Position numbers and translations under genes: made by a program. Positions 1 through 10,670 of a stretch of 38,874 nucleotides of DNA are shown here, piece after piece. Under the pieces are notes generated by a model. The model was not told the DNA's origin, did not search any database, and was given only the letters and a program-made list of their open reading frames with translations. Origin of the DNA: Cystobasidiomycetes sp. EMM_F5 (Eukaryota); assembly GCA_051047955.1 (NCBI GenBank), contig JBPGPT010000035.1, positions 124,001 to 162,874 of the forward strand. Reading direction: 5' to 3'. Position 1 is the first letter of the stretch. The number at the start of each line of letters is the position of its first letter.

Positions 1-199
1 TAGCCGTACAATCAGTCGTATAGTCAGTCAAAGTCGGCTGAATCTGATTCGTTTCAGCTCGTTCGAAAAAGAGCAATTAGCTCATCAGTGTCAGTATCCG
101 TTCTAAGCTTCTTTTCAGTAATGTGCTTCAATATCTCGTTGCAATCTCGTCTTCTTTGTCTCGTCAATCATCTTAAATTCATGCGGACTCCCCGCCAAC

Positions 200-2888
200 A
201 TGGACGATGATTTCGAGCAGCCCATCGCTTCGACGTCCAAGGCCACCGACATCTTCAGCGCCTTCCATGCTCCACTGGGACAGGCAGTGAGGGCTCAGCG
301 AGTTCGGAATAGTCAGAAGCAGGCGTCAAAAGAAATAAAAGATGGTATGGATACTCTGGACGAAGCTCTCGACTACCTGGATCCCGAGACTGGCCTCGCA
401 GTAGCGTTTGAGGGTATTCTGCAAGCCGCGTGAGTCAACGCGTATTATAATCATCGTTCGCGAGCTGATTTGCGACTTTGAACGACCATCCAGCTTGCAA
501 GATGTTCTGGATCCAGACGCAGTCCTCGACGACGATGAGCGAGCTGCATTCACCCTCGAAGCGCACACCTGGTCACTCCTCCAAGCGCTCTACTCCCTCA
601 GAACTTCCCCGCCCTCCACCGCTTCTCTCGCGGAATCCTACTACACGCCCCCGCTCACTCTGGTTCAGCATGCTGTCGCAAGCTCGCCAGCCCTGTCTGA
701 GCTGTCAGTCGTCAGAGACTGGCTGCACTCTTCCGCCTACAGTAACCTCCATCCCGCCGAAATCCGGAAAGGATACCATCCATACACACGCGCCAAACTG
801 AAGCAGGCAATCAGGACTGGAACGACCTCAACAAACCCCAACATAAGCAAGCTCGTCTCTTCTCTCGACCCAGATGCTACAAACAGGCTCTCCGGTCAGC
901 AGCGAAAAGTACTTGATACCGAAGACGCGACCTACGAGCATGCTTTCCTCAGATCTCTGTACGAATACGTTCGAGTAGGAGAGCTAGATCAAGCGATAGA
1001 CATGTGTCGACAGAGTGACTTTTCATGGCGAGCAGCGTCCCTTTCCGGCGGCAAACTCTACCAGAACGATATCCTCGCACGGTATGCCCTTTCTGCAAAC
1101 TCCGAAACTGGTCTGACCCCCATACAAGACATGGAGCTTGACCCCGACTCGCGCCAGAGGCAGGGCAACCTTCGTCGAAAGCTGTGGAAGGCAATGTGTC
1201 GGTCCATGTCGTCCGCCTCCCATCTCGACCCATATGAGCGAGCTCTATATGCGGCAGTAGCTGGCCAGATTGACCCCATCCTACCTGTCTGTTCGACATG
1301 GGAGGATCACGTGTGGGCAAGAGTGAATGGATTGCTCGAATCGGAGATCGATGCCATCCTTGCTCGTGCAGAACGCGACGAAAGTAACTATTTTCTATCT
1401 ACCTTTAGCGGTACTTCCCGGCAGGACGATAATCAAAACAACGCTACGTCCAAGCCGAAGAGCATTCCCAACAGCTTGAAAGACATCTTCGACAACTTGC
1501 TCAAAGATCAGAAAGTAGCTATGGATGCCCGCTCTCCTTTCCACGTTGCTCAAGCTTGGCTCATCCTCGATCGAGCGCCAGACCTTCTCACATCATTCGT
1601 TACGCGCCTGGAACGACAGCAGGCTTCAGAGTCGGACGCACTCTCCGAACCTCAACTGGCGCAGCTTTTACGATTCTTTGCGCATCTCGTCCTGTTTCTC
1701 CGCTTGATTGCCTCGCAATCTGAATCCTCACTCGAAGAAGGTGCAACACCTCTACAACCTCTACCCGCAGATGCATCCGCGGCCGTACTTGTGGCGTACG
1801 TACGTGTTCTGCAAGCTCACGGCAAGCCTCCTTCGCTCGTTGCATTCTACTCGAGCGCACTTGACCCCTCGCAGGCCATTGAATGCTATGCTTCCTACCT
1901 CGTCAGCGAGTTCCCGGCCACGGCTACAATAGGAGGTCAAGAAGCGTCTGAGAGATCAGCACGAAAGCAAGCATTAGTACTTGCGGAGGAGAATGGAATA
2001 GATCTGCCTGCAGTAGCGAGACGTGCCGTAGATCTTACGATAGCCGATACCTTGGCCGATCATCCTGACTACGACGCCATTCAAGCTTCCTTTGGTCTCC
2101 TTGGGCCGTCGTCGGATAGCGCTGATGGGGCGAACAGGCATCAAGAATTGGTTCGATCAGTAGAATGGCTCACTTTCTCAGTTGCGACGTATCAAGACGC
2201 TCTAATCCACGCCAATGCTATGATGCGGTACTTTTTGTGCGCTGGTCATCCTGCAACAGCCCGGCGTATAATCTACCATATTCCTCCAGACTTGTTGCCG
2301 TCATCTGCACAAGCCAATTACGACATCGCAGACGAGGAAGTAGTCAAGGATAACGTGAACGAGTACCTCGACTACATCTCTTTTTTCGACGTACTCCAGC
2401 TCCATACTCAATTCTCCGAAGTCTGGGCTCATCGACCTCCTGCCTCCGCTCGTGCCACGGAGCGCCTGCAATATACCGAAGCTCTGCGCACAACAGTCGA
2501 CGCGTTTTATGATGCTGTTATCGAGCTACTCACAGCCGAATGGCTCGTCCTTCCGTCTGACTCAGACAAGCGACAAGACCTACCGAGTCAACGGCGGTCG
2601 CTAGAGTTGTCTCGTATACGAACTGCGTATATCCCGGAGCTCGTGCTCCGTCTACATCACGCTCTCGTAGATTCTGGAACAGGTTTCCTACCACAGAACA
2701 TACAGAGAGCACTCAACCTCGCCAACATTGTCGCTGATGAACGCTACCGACTGTACGTCGAATTTATGGGAGACGGGCATTCCGCCGCAAAGACTCAAAA
2801 CCGGCTGAAGGAATACTTGTCACTCGTACGGGATGCAAGCCTGGCAGCTCTCGCTATAAGCAACGATCCATTCAGAATAGTGCAATAG
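200..2888 (+). CDS. NUP84: Nuclear pore Y-complex protein Nup84/Nup107 (2 exons: 200-429, 494-2888; about 874 aa)
   Basis: Intron 430-493 (GTGAGT...GCTGAT...CAG) joins the 200 ORF in frame to the 408 ORF. Family-typical segments: LDPDA, YEYVRVGELDQAIDMCRQSDFSWRAASLSGG, YERALYAAVAG, VCSTWEDHVWA, LLRFFAHLVLFL, IRTAYIPELVLRLH. Confidence 0.92.
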
Positions 2889-2903
2889 GCGCTCTACAGG
2901 TGC

Positions 2904-2939
2904 CTGCCCCATAGTAGCTCCTACTGAGCTATGGGGCAG
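2904..2939. repeat. Inverted repeat/hairpin between the convergent NUP84 and TRM732 3' ends
   Basis: CTGCCCCATAG (2904-2914) and CTATGGGGCAG (2929-2939) are perfect 11-bp reverse complements, with an inner CTC/GAG stem. Confidence 0.8.
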
Positions 2940-3072
2940 CAACAATAACATGTTTATGCCGGCATTTGTGTTGCATTTGAAATTCGAATGGAGAGCGACG
3001 GCGTGGGCTGTTTTGTCAGCACCATGTATGATGTGCTTCGCTCCTAAGGCAGAGTACATAACGAAATCGATA

Positions 3073-6000
3073 CTATGCTGTGAATGCTTCATGAATAATA
3101 CGCAGTCCAGCTGCAGCTTCTGCTAAGGCCACGGCGGCCATAGGCACATGGCTACTCGTCGCTTCCTCGATTTGGCCTCTTTGTTGCTGAAGAATGGATG
3201 AGAATTTCTCATAAGTTGAACGGCAAGCTGGTGCATGTGTCTGCAGCAGATCTTTGACGGCAAAAAGATTGATGTCCGGGTCGATGTATACGTTCGACCT
3301 CTCAACCGCAAACAATACGCCAGCCTGCTCTTCCGAACTATTGATGAGTGACGCTGAGCCAAGCAGGATGTCAGCCGAAGCGCTTCGGATACGATATAGC
3401 GCATACTTGTATATGCAACCAAGTCTCCCAATAGTCTTCGGACATCGTCGGCTATTGCGGTCTTTTGCAGGTATGCCCAAACAAGCTCTGTCGCTTTCGA
3501 GCTTTGCGCGGCTACGCCTCCATGATAAAGAGAAGCTATCCTCGATGCTAAATGTCTTATTTCCAAATCTTCGTCTTGCATCAGGCACACAAGAGTATAT
3601 GCGTGAAAGACAGAGATAGGTCCGCGTCTATGGTATACACCCTCGAGGGTTCTGCATGCACATAATCGGGCTTCGGCAGACTGAACATCGTCTGGATTAG
3701 AAGCTTGTCATCAGGACCTTCGTTGACGACATACCTCTGACTTGGCATTCACGTTCAAGCTTGCCTCCAGCAGGTCATTCGAGCTCGGGTCATAAGGTGT
3801 AGTGCGAAACAAAAGAGGCAACAATGCCTCCTTCAATGGTATTGACCTTGTTGATTGATATCGAGCCATCAAGCTGTCGTACGGCATAGATTTGATCAAC
3901 GGCATCCTCCCGTATGCGCCAGCTGCTTCGATTGCAACATCGGCATCTTCGCTTGCGTCCGCAGCAATCTTGCATATTCGTAGGGCTGTCTTCTCAGACA
4001 CTTCTCTGGGCTGCACAGCAAGCATGTGAGACAGTGCTGCCAACTTGCCTTCGCTTGTACCGCCAAGCAACTCTTGCAGATGACCGTTCGGATTAGAGCG
4101 TAGCATGTACTGTGCGCGTGCTTGCCGCCACGAAGCCGTGCCTGGGGGACTGCTTAGAGGGTATTCGCCTGATCTAAGCAGCGACTGCTTCAATCTCGGC
4201 AATTGACCAGGACGAAGTAGTAATATGTGTAATGTTGCTGTATGAACACTCAATGCGTGTTTCGAGGACAGTATGTCTGCTGCAATGGAATGTGCTGCAT
4301 CCCCTAGATGTCAACATCGTCAGCAAGGCAGATGGATGCACGTTTCAAGTACGCATACAGAACGATGAAGGTGCAGATGAGCTAGCCGTGCGTACAAGGT
4401 GCAAGACCTGCAGGAGCAGGCCGTGTAGCTATCAAAACGACTGCATCAGCTGGATTTTCCCTCAAGCAGATCAGCCCTGAACACTAACCTCGTTCTCATT
4501 CTTCACCAGAGGACTGGAGTCCAATATCTTCAGAGCTGTCGACCAAGTCTGATCCGGCGGGACGAGGCCAGTCATTGCTGCTGCGGCTGCCTCTCGTACC
4601 TTCCAGACATGAGATGCTGAGCATTTCCCAACGAGTTCTCGAAATCGCTGGTTGGCGAATGAGGTATCAGAGACTCCTGTAGGCGTTGCAAGTAGAGATA
4701 GGAGCAGCAGAATCGAGAACACGGAACCGAGCGCCTCAACGGACGTGGATGAATGTCTCGCCTCAAGCTCGTTACACAGTATAGTTTGCAAAGACGGATA
4801 CTGACAGAAGAAATCGATGAACGATGGTCGTCGACTGATGGCGACTTCCTCTTTTCGTGCACCGAACAGCCGCTGTACGAGCGCAGCATATAGCAAAAGA
4901 CTCCCGTTACGGACATGCCAGCTGTGACGACGATATCAGTGGATACTGTTAGCCTGCAATACTATTACTCACGCTGGACTACCAAAGCCACCGACAGCAG
5001 CGACGAAAGCTTTTTCGATGTACGGTTTGACGCTCGTTGACAGCCTCCCATCCTGGAAGAGCACACGAAGCGTGTTGAGCGCATGAGATTTGGCTGCCTC
5101 GGAAGCCGTCGTCTGAAAGTCGAGGAGGGGATGAAGCAGTCTTCCGAAAGCGTATGACAGATCATCGGTGTTTGATCCAGCCAGTACGCCAAGTATCAAA
5201 TACGGTAGCCCGGCGCTACGCCTTTTAATCGTAAGATGCTCATCCAGCACTTGAGTAAGATGGATCTGCAGAAGAATGTTAACTACAGTATAGCATTGGT
5301 GAAATACTTCGACTCGCCTCGAGCCAAGTCCGAGGCAGTGATTGCACCAACGACGGCCTTTTCGACAGAACCGAGCACAAACGGCCGTAAGCAGCCGACT
5401 GACATGATATCAGACTTGTCAATGATAAGTTGAAGGTACGACGACGTAACAAGACTGACGATATGCGCAACCGCTCCGCGATGATCCACCTGTATCAGCC
5501 AAGTACCGAAAAGTCTACCATACAAGCTTAGCTCTTGCTCCGACCACATGAGCTCAGTCTTGCCGGTTGTGAGGGTAAGGATAGTCGACAGCAGATCGCT
5601 ATAATGATCTCGTCAGTAATTAATGTAGGAATAGCTTGTACGCTACGCTTTCCCACTTACGCAGCGTCCTTCAAGGAGCGCCATGCGGCGCTCAACACCG
5701 CGCCATCTCTAGCATTTTCCTCTTCGTCGTCCTCAACACCACTTGCTACTCTTTCGCAGGCCACATCATGACTGGCATTAGCAGCATCCTCTCGCACAAG
5801 CAGGGGCTTGATGATTGTCCATATCTGCTGTATCGCCTTCAGATATCTCTCACAAGTATGTCGCAAAGAGGCATCGGAAGGGATAGCAGGACGGTCCTGT
5901 ATCAAGCGGCTGAAGATCGATACATCTCAATTGCCGTATAGTACAATCCTTTTGATAGAAGTTTGCTTACTTGATGGCTGAGAACAGGCCCTGTATACTA

Positions 6001-7467
6001 CCGGTCGAGGCGGTCTGTGCGAAGTCCAGATGAGCAGCTTGCAAAGACCGTTCCAGCTCATCGAGTAATATCTTCAGATCTACAGCAAGACACCGTATCA
6101 GCCCGACTCCTACTCTGCCCTACCATGACTTAGCACCTACTATGATCATGTTTTTGCATCTTCTCACTCGCCAGGCGGAAAAGGAGGATCCCGCTAGTCA
6201 TGTCCGAGTCTCGTTGCCCGTTTATTGAAGAGAGAGCAGAAGGTACGAGGCCATCAACCGCATCGCGTGACAGAGGACACCTTCTCAAGATCTCGAACGC
6301 ACTCTGCTTGACGTTTTCATACGTCGATACTTTGATGATCTGCAGTAGCCTGCTTGTCAGAAGGTTTGTTCCCGTCGTGCTACTGCCTTCTTGATGGTCG
6401 GAATTACTTGAAAGGTGTAGCGTGATACCCCAAAGCTTCGGTGTCTGCTGTTTCCTTGACGACTTGCCGGAGACGGTGTCGTTTGATATAAATGCTGGAT
6501 CGATGCCTTCGTTCAGAAGGACCAAGAGGTAGTTCAGTGCGTTGACATGACATCTGTACGGTTTGTATATCTTGAGTGAATCGATGGCGTAATCCGTCCA
6601 CCATGTAAAGAAGCGCAGGAGATTGTCCAAGTATTTTGTATTTTCGGCATGTGCGGTAGTGTCCTCAAGCTGTCGTTGGACATGTCTCTTGATCTCTCGT
6701 CGACATGCATAGCTCGATTGTCTACACCTTACTAGAAAGTCCTTCCACACGCCAATCAGTCCAGTCTGGACTGTTGCTGAATCCGAGTCATGTAGATTGT
6801 ACGTCCAGAAGAGGCGATGCAGGTCGAGGAGATTACTTGATATAGGTCTTGTGAGGGATGCACTGCTGCCTATCGGCAGGAGAGAGAGGAGTCGTATTGC
6901 TTCAAATCGCGTTGCGGGGTCAGAGTGAATGAGCGATGGTCGGATGACATTGGCCATCTGAGCGTCTGTGAGTGCCGATATGCTCGGAGTACATTGTGCG
7001 CCTATCCTTGCGAGTGTGAGGGTGTTTAGCGTGTCGTTGTTGTCTGATGCGACCGTCTCGAGCAGTGCCTGCAGTAAATTTGGAATGGAGGGCAGGAGGA
7101 TGGGAACGAGGGTTTCGTAGACTGCCTGACGAGTGGACGTGGAGGGAATCAGTAGCAGTGGATATAACTTGGCGGATACTGCAGAAGCGTCACAGAGAAC
7201 TCCCTCTTGATAGCTCTTTTCGACGAGAATGGCTAAAACCTTTGCGGACTGGGATGCGCCCGAGGATTCCTGCAGCCCAGCGACGAGGCTAGCCCATACT
7301 TCTGGAAAGTGAGCGTATACGCTCTCCACGCTGGTTGCTTGCAACACCTGACCGAGTGTCTGCAGTGCCCTTCTATCTCGCGCTGTCCATGTCTCTCTGA
7401 GCAGCTGCAGCGTGCGTGTGTTGTCGTTGTCTTTGTCTTTGTCGTTGTCTTTATCCATATCCCCCAT
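3073..7467 (-). CDS. TRM732: tRNA 2'-O-methylation cofactor Trm732/THADA (DUF2428, armadillo-like), multi-exon
   Basis: Minus-strand ORF pieces 6130-7470, 5657-5905, 5283-5549, 4969-5250, 4471-4896, 3711-4253, 3123-3590 and 3073-3588 carry the signature RRSAGLPYLILGVL plus AAWRSLKDAA, VDHRGA, HALNTLRVLFQD, SFIDFFCQYPSL, HVWKVREAAA, LMQDEDLEIRHLAS and LFAVERSNVY. First ATG is at 7467. Internal exon boundaries are only partly resolved. Confidence 0.88.
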
Positions 7468-7477
7468 CACTCCATCT

Positions 7478-7558
7478 TATCTGATTAGCTGATTGTCTGC
7501 TGATTGTCTGCAATCAGTTCAATCTCTGCCGCAATCAGTGCCGAAATCAGTGGCAATC
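7478..7558. promoter_or_regulatory. CTGATT/AATCAG motif array in the ~190-bp divergent promoter
   Basis: CTGATT at 7481, 7489 and 7500, followed by the reverse form CAATCAG at 7511 and 7532, AAATCAG at 7544 and CAATC at 7520 and 7554. Confidence 0.55.
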
Positions 7559-7656
7559 GTCATATTTACATTCACTCCTTGGCGGTCAGCAGCTTGCTCT
7601 CCCGACAATCGGACAGCACTTCTGACCATCAATATACGCTCAATATTAATACAGCC

Positions 7657-8905
7657 ATGTACATTCCATTCGTATCCATATCCAGACGGGCTGGGGGCGG
7701 TGGAGGGTGAGTCGGCATGCAGGATATAACACTTGTATGCAGGCTGATGGAGCAATTGTACATTCACACCCTCTCTACATACCTTCCCAGCCGCGGCGGA
7801 GGAGGCTCATCGTCTGGCAGCGGCGCGCGCGGTGGAAGTACTGGGAGTACCGGCTCATCCAGTGGTGGAAGCACCAAAGGCTCGACATCGTCGACCAAAC
7901 CACCTCCCTACTCTCCAGGCGCACCTCCCCCTCCGTACACTGTAGGCGGTGGGACATCGGCTCGCGGTTCGACATCGTCCACCGGTGGCGGAAGACAGTA
8001 TACAGTCGCAGCTGGTCAGCCATTCGCAGGAGCAGTGGCAGGCGGGGGAACTCGCTCTCAAGTGTATGGTTCTAGAGGGTATGGCAGCGTTGGATACTAT
8101 CCGGTGAGTCATGCCACTCGTCAACTCGTCAATATCTTGCTGACAATGTCTCAATGTTCCATGCATTACTCTAACGACCCAACTATCTACGAACCAACTA
8201 CCGATAAACCCACAATCGCTGAATGCAGTACTTCCCCTTTATTTGGTGGCCCATGGTCAGTTTTATCAAGAATGAAATACGCAAGACACTCGCTGACGAG
8301 ATTCCTCCCCATCCTAAACAACGCAGTACTACCCAACGTATCCATACTACTACGGCAGCTCAATCTACGGACCCGCCAACAACTCTTCTCGTCCGGGAGG
8401 GGAACTGCAATCGTACACCCTGATACCTTCGTCTGCCGTCAACGGCACCGCAAGCAACGGCATGGCAGGGCCGTCCAACAACACCTTCTTCATCTATTCC
8501 GACGCAAACAGCGTGCAAGACATGGTCGGCATTCTCCAGGCAACTTGTTCCCTTGCCGCAGTTTACGGGCGCAACCTTACAGCAACGCCATTCAACGCCG
8601 TCCAATTCTACCGAGGAGATTCCTTCTCGCTCCATCTACAAGACTACAATAATACGTTACCGGATATCGAAGTCACGGACCCGTCGACAAACTTTACAGA
8701 GCCAGACACTCTGCCAAGCCCATTACCGTCAAACGTAAACTCTACACTGCTCAACTGCCTCAATACGACTATCGGAAGCTACGTCGGGCTCATTGACTCG
8801 GACTATGCGTCGGATAACGCAGCGTGGAGAACGACGCCAGCTGCCGGGACGTCCTTCATGGCGAGTGCTGCCCTCTTGGTGGCGCTCTGCCATATGCTGT
8901 TCTAG
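7657..8905 (+). CDS. Gly/Ser-rich fungal protein with C-terminal GPI-anchor-like signal (exons 7657-7706, 7791-8103, 8229-8255, 8327-8905)
   Basis: Canonical GT-AG introns join MYIPFVSISRRAGGGG to ...GQPFAGAVAGGGTRSQVYGSRGYGSVGYYP, YFPFIWWPM, YYPTYPYYYGSSIYGPANNSSRPGG and the 8462 ORF (VQFYRGDSFSL, LLNCLNTTIG), ending in hydrophobic ASAALLVALCHMLF. These motifs resemble an uncharacterised basidiomycete family as I recall it. Confidence 0.75.
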
Positions 8906-9444
8906 CGCACATGTGTTGGTACCGCATCAACAAGTTGTGGCATTAGTAATTGGTACTGGCATCCATCTGGAGTGGCTATTCATTGGTATGCAGTTGAAGA
9001 TGGAGGAACAGAAGGTGGGACAGATGCGATGGTTATACGTTCTGGAGTAATGAGGATACCGACGGCACATGACTTATCATGCCTAATATATGACTTGTGA
9101 CGACTTGCGTCTATGTTGTGTTACTAGCAATCTACTAATGACCTAATCTACGACGCTGCTTCTCTATGGGGATATAGACGTTACATGGTTCACCAAGCTA
9201 CAATGACAGAACAACCTCTGTACGGTGATGGAGGTCAGTTGATACAGATACATGCCCACTCCGATCGATGAAGGGGCATGTTATATGGCTACGAGTCCTC
9301 TGCCCGTCCGGATGTACCTCGCTCCTTCCTTTCCTACTACAGCATCTTTCGACGCTCTGAGTAGCTTATCTGTCACTTTGTAGCTGAGAGGGTGCGCAGA
9401 TGGTGTCAGACATGCATTAAAAGGCTTGCAAATGACTGGGAGAC

Positions 9445-10144
9445 TCACGATTTCCCGCTTGATCCATCAGAGTTTGTCGTTGCACTTCTGTTCATGCTGA
9501 CGTCTGATGGTGCAGAATGAGTATATGCAGGGTTTCGAGCATTGTAGATGGCCAGCGGCGATGGTGTCGATCTCGACTTTGCGGACGAAGGCGAAGTAGT
9601 CTTTGCGGTACCAGACGGCGACTTTGGTCCCATTTCCCATTCGGCTGGCGATTCCCACTTCCTGCTCGTGCTGGCTACGAGGCTGACCTTGAATACCGGA
9701 GGAGTCCAACCTGGTTTCATCAAGAGGTGGGCTTTGTCGAGTGCCGTCTTTATGGCTCGTGAAGGCGCGTCTGGCAGAGTGGCGAGGGAGATGTTTGTGG
9801 ATGAGGGAGCGGACGATGCGAGAGCATTGACGAGTCGTGGAGCCCCCCAGGATTGACCTGACCAGTCTTGAGATGTGATTGCGGCTGATAGTTGGACCTG
9901 CTGCGAGGCGGTGATGGAGTGGCAGAGGTAGATTGCGCGAAGACTGAGGCTGGGGAGTGAGGACATGTCTTGGAGGAGTGACACTGCGGAAGGGTAGGAC
10001 TGGACTACTTCGTATATTGGACGGAGGAAGGCTGTGGCTGGTGTGTACATGTCAGCGTCATCGACACTTGTCAGTCGAATTCATGAGCCCACCCTTCTCG
10101 CACTCTCCAGCGTCCACTCCGCACAGCACTACAGCGAGGCTCAT
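9445..10144 (-). CDS. Hypothetical protein (exons 10144-10093, 10037-9445; possibly a further 3' exon)
   Basis: Intron 10092-10038 (GTGGGC...GCTGAC...CAG) gives MSLAVVLCGVDAGECEKATAFLRPIYEVVQSY..., a globular alpha/beta-looking N-terminus with an S/P-rich tail. A GTGAGT donor at 9448 overlaps the stop, so the C-terminus may be spliced. Confidence 0.55.
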
Positions 10145-10595
10145 GTTGGTACAGTCGGGGGCAGTCAGTTCGTCACAAGGGAAAGGACTCGAATCCATTT
10201 CGCAGCCCCGGCGTATCGGCACATGCCTTCCGTGCGTTATCAGTGATTCTCCGCGAGCCATGCGGCCTACTACCAGCCCGGCCAGGACTACTGAGCTGCA
10301 GCTCATCACACGGTCAGCCGTATTCCCCTTCTGGCAGTGGGCATTGCCATTTCCGGACGAGGGTCAGTGCGAGTCGGCGAGAGAGGTGAGAAGGGAGAGA
10401 GCATGTTAGTCAGCAGGGTGTGAGGGGAGAGAGGAGAGAGGGAGAAGGAGGTTAGCAGGAGAGGAAAGCACTCGAGGAAAGGGAGGGAGCAGATAAACTG
10501 TATAGTTGGCGCGAGGATAGGGGTCAGGTACAGGCACAGCCCTTGACGTGGACGAGGAGGAGGAGGACGCTCCCTCTGACTAATACGCACACGCT

Positions 10596-10654
10596 ATCTG
10601 ATAAGATCTCTGTGTCTACTGATAAGATAAGATAAGGTTAGATCTAATCAGATC
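10596..10654. promoter_or_regulatory. Cluster of GATAAG sites upstream of the Pil1-like gene
   Basis: ATCTGATAAG at 10596-10605, tandem GATAAGATAAGATAAG at 10621-10636 and CTAATCAGATC at 10644-10654, all within 75 bp of ATG 10671. Confidence 0.55.
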
Positions 10655-10670
10655 ACATCCATCTCCCGCC

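Noticed and set aside
408..493. N-terminus of the 826-aa ORF (MRVFCKP...)
   Set aside because: It is read-through of the intron at 430-493. The true start is ATG 200.
7419..7452. (GACAAM)n repeat
   Set aside because: It is a simple coding microsatellite giving DKDND at the Trm732 N-terminus.
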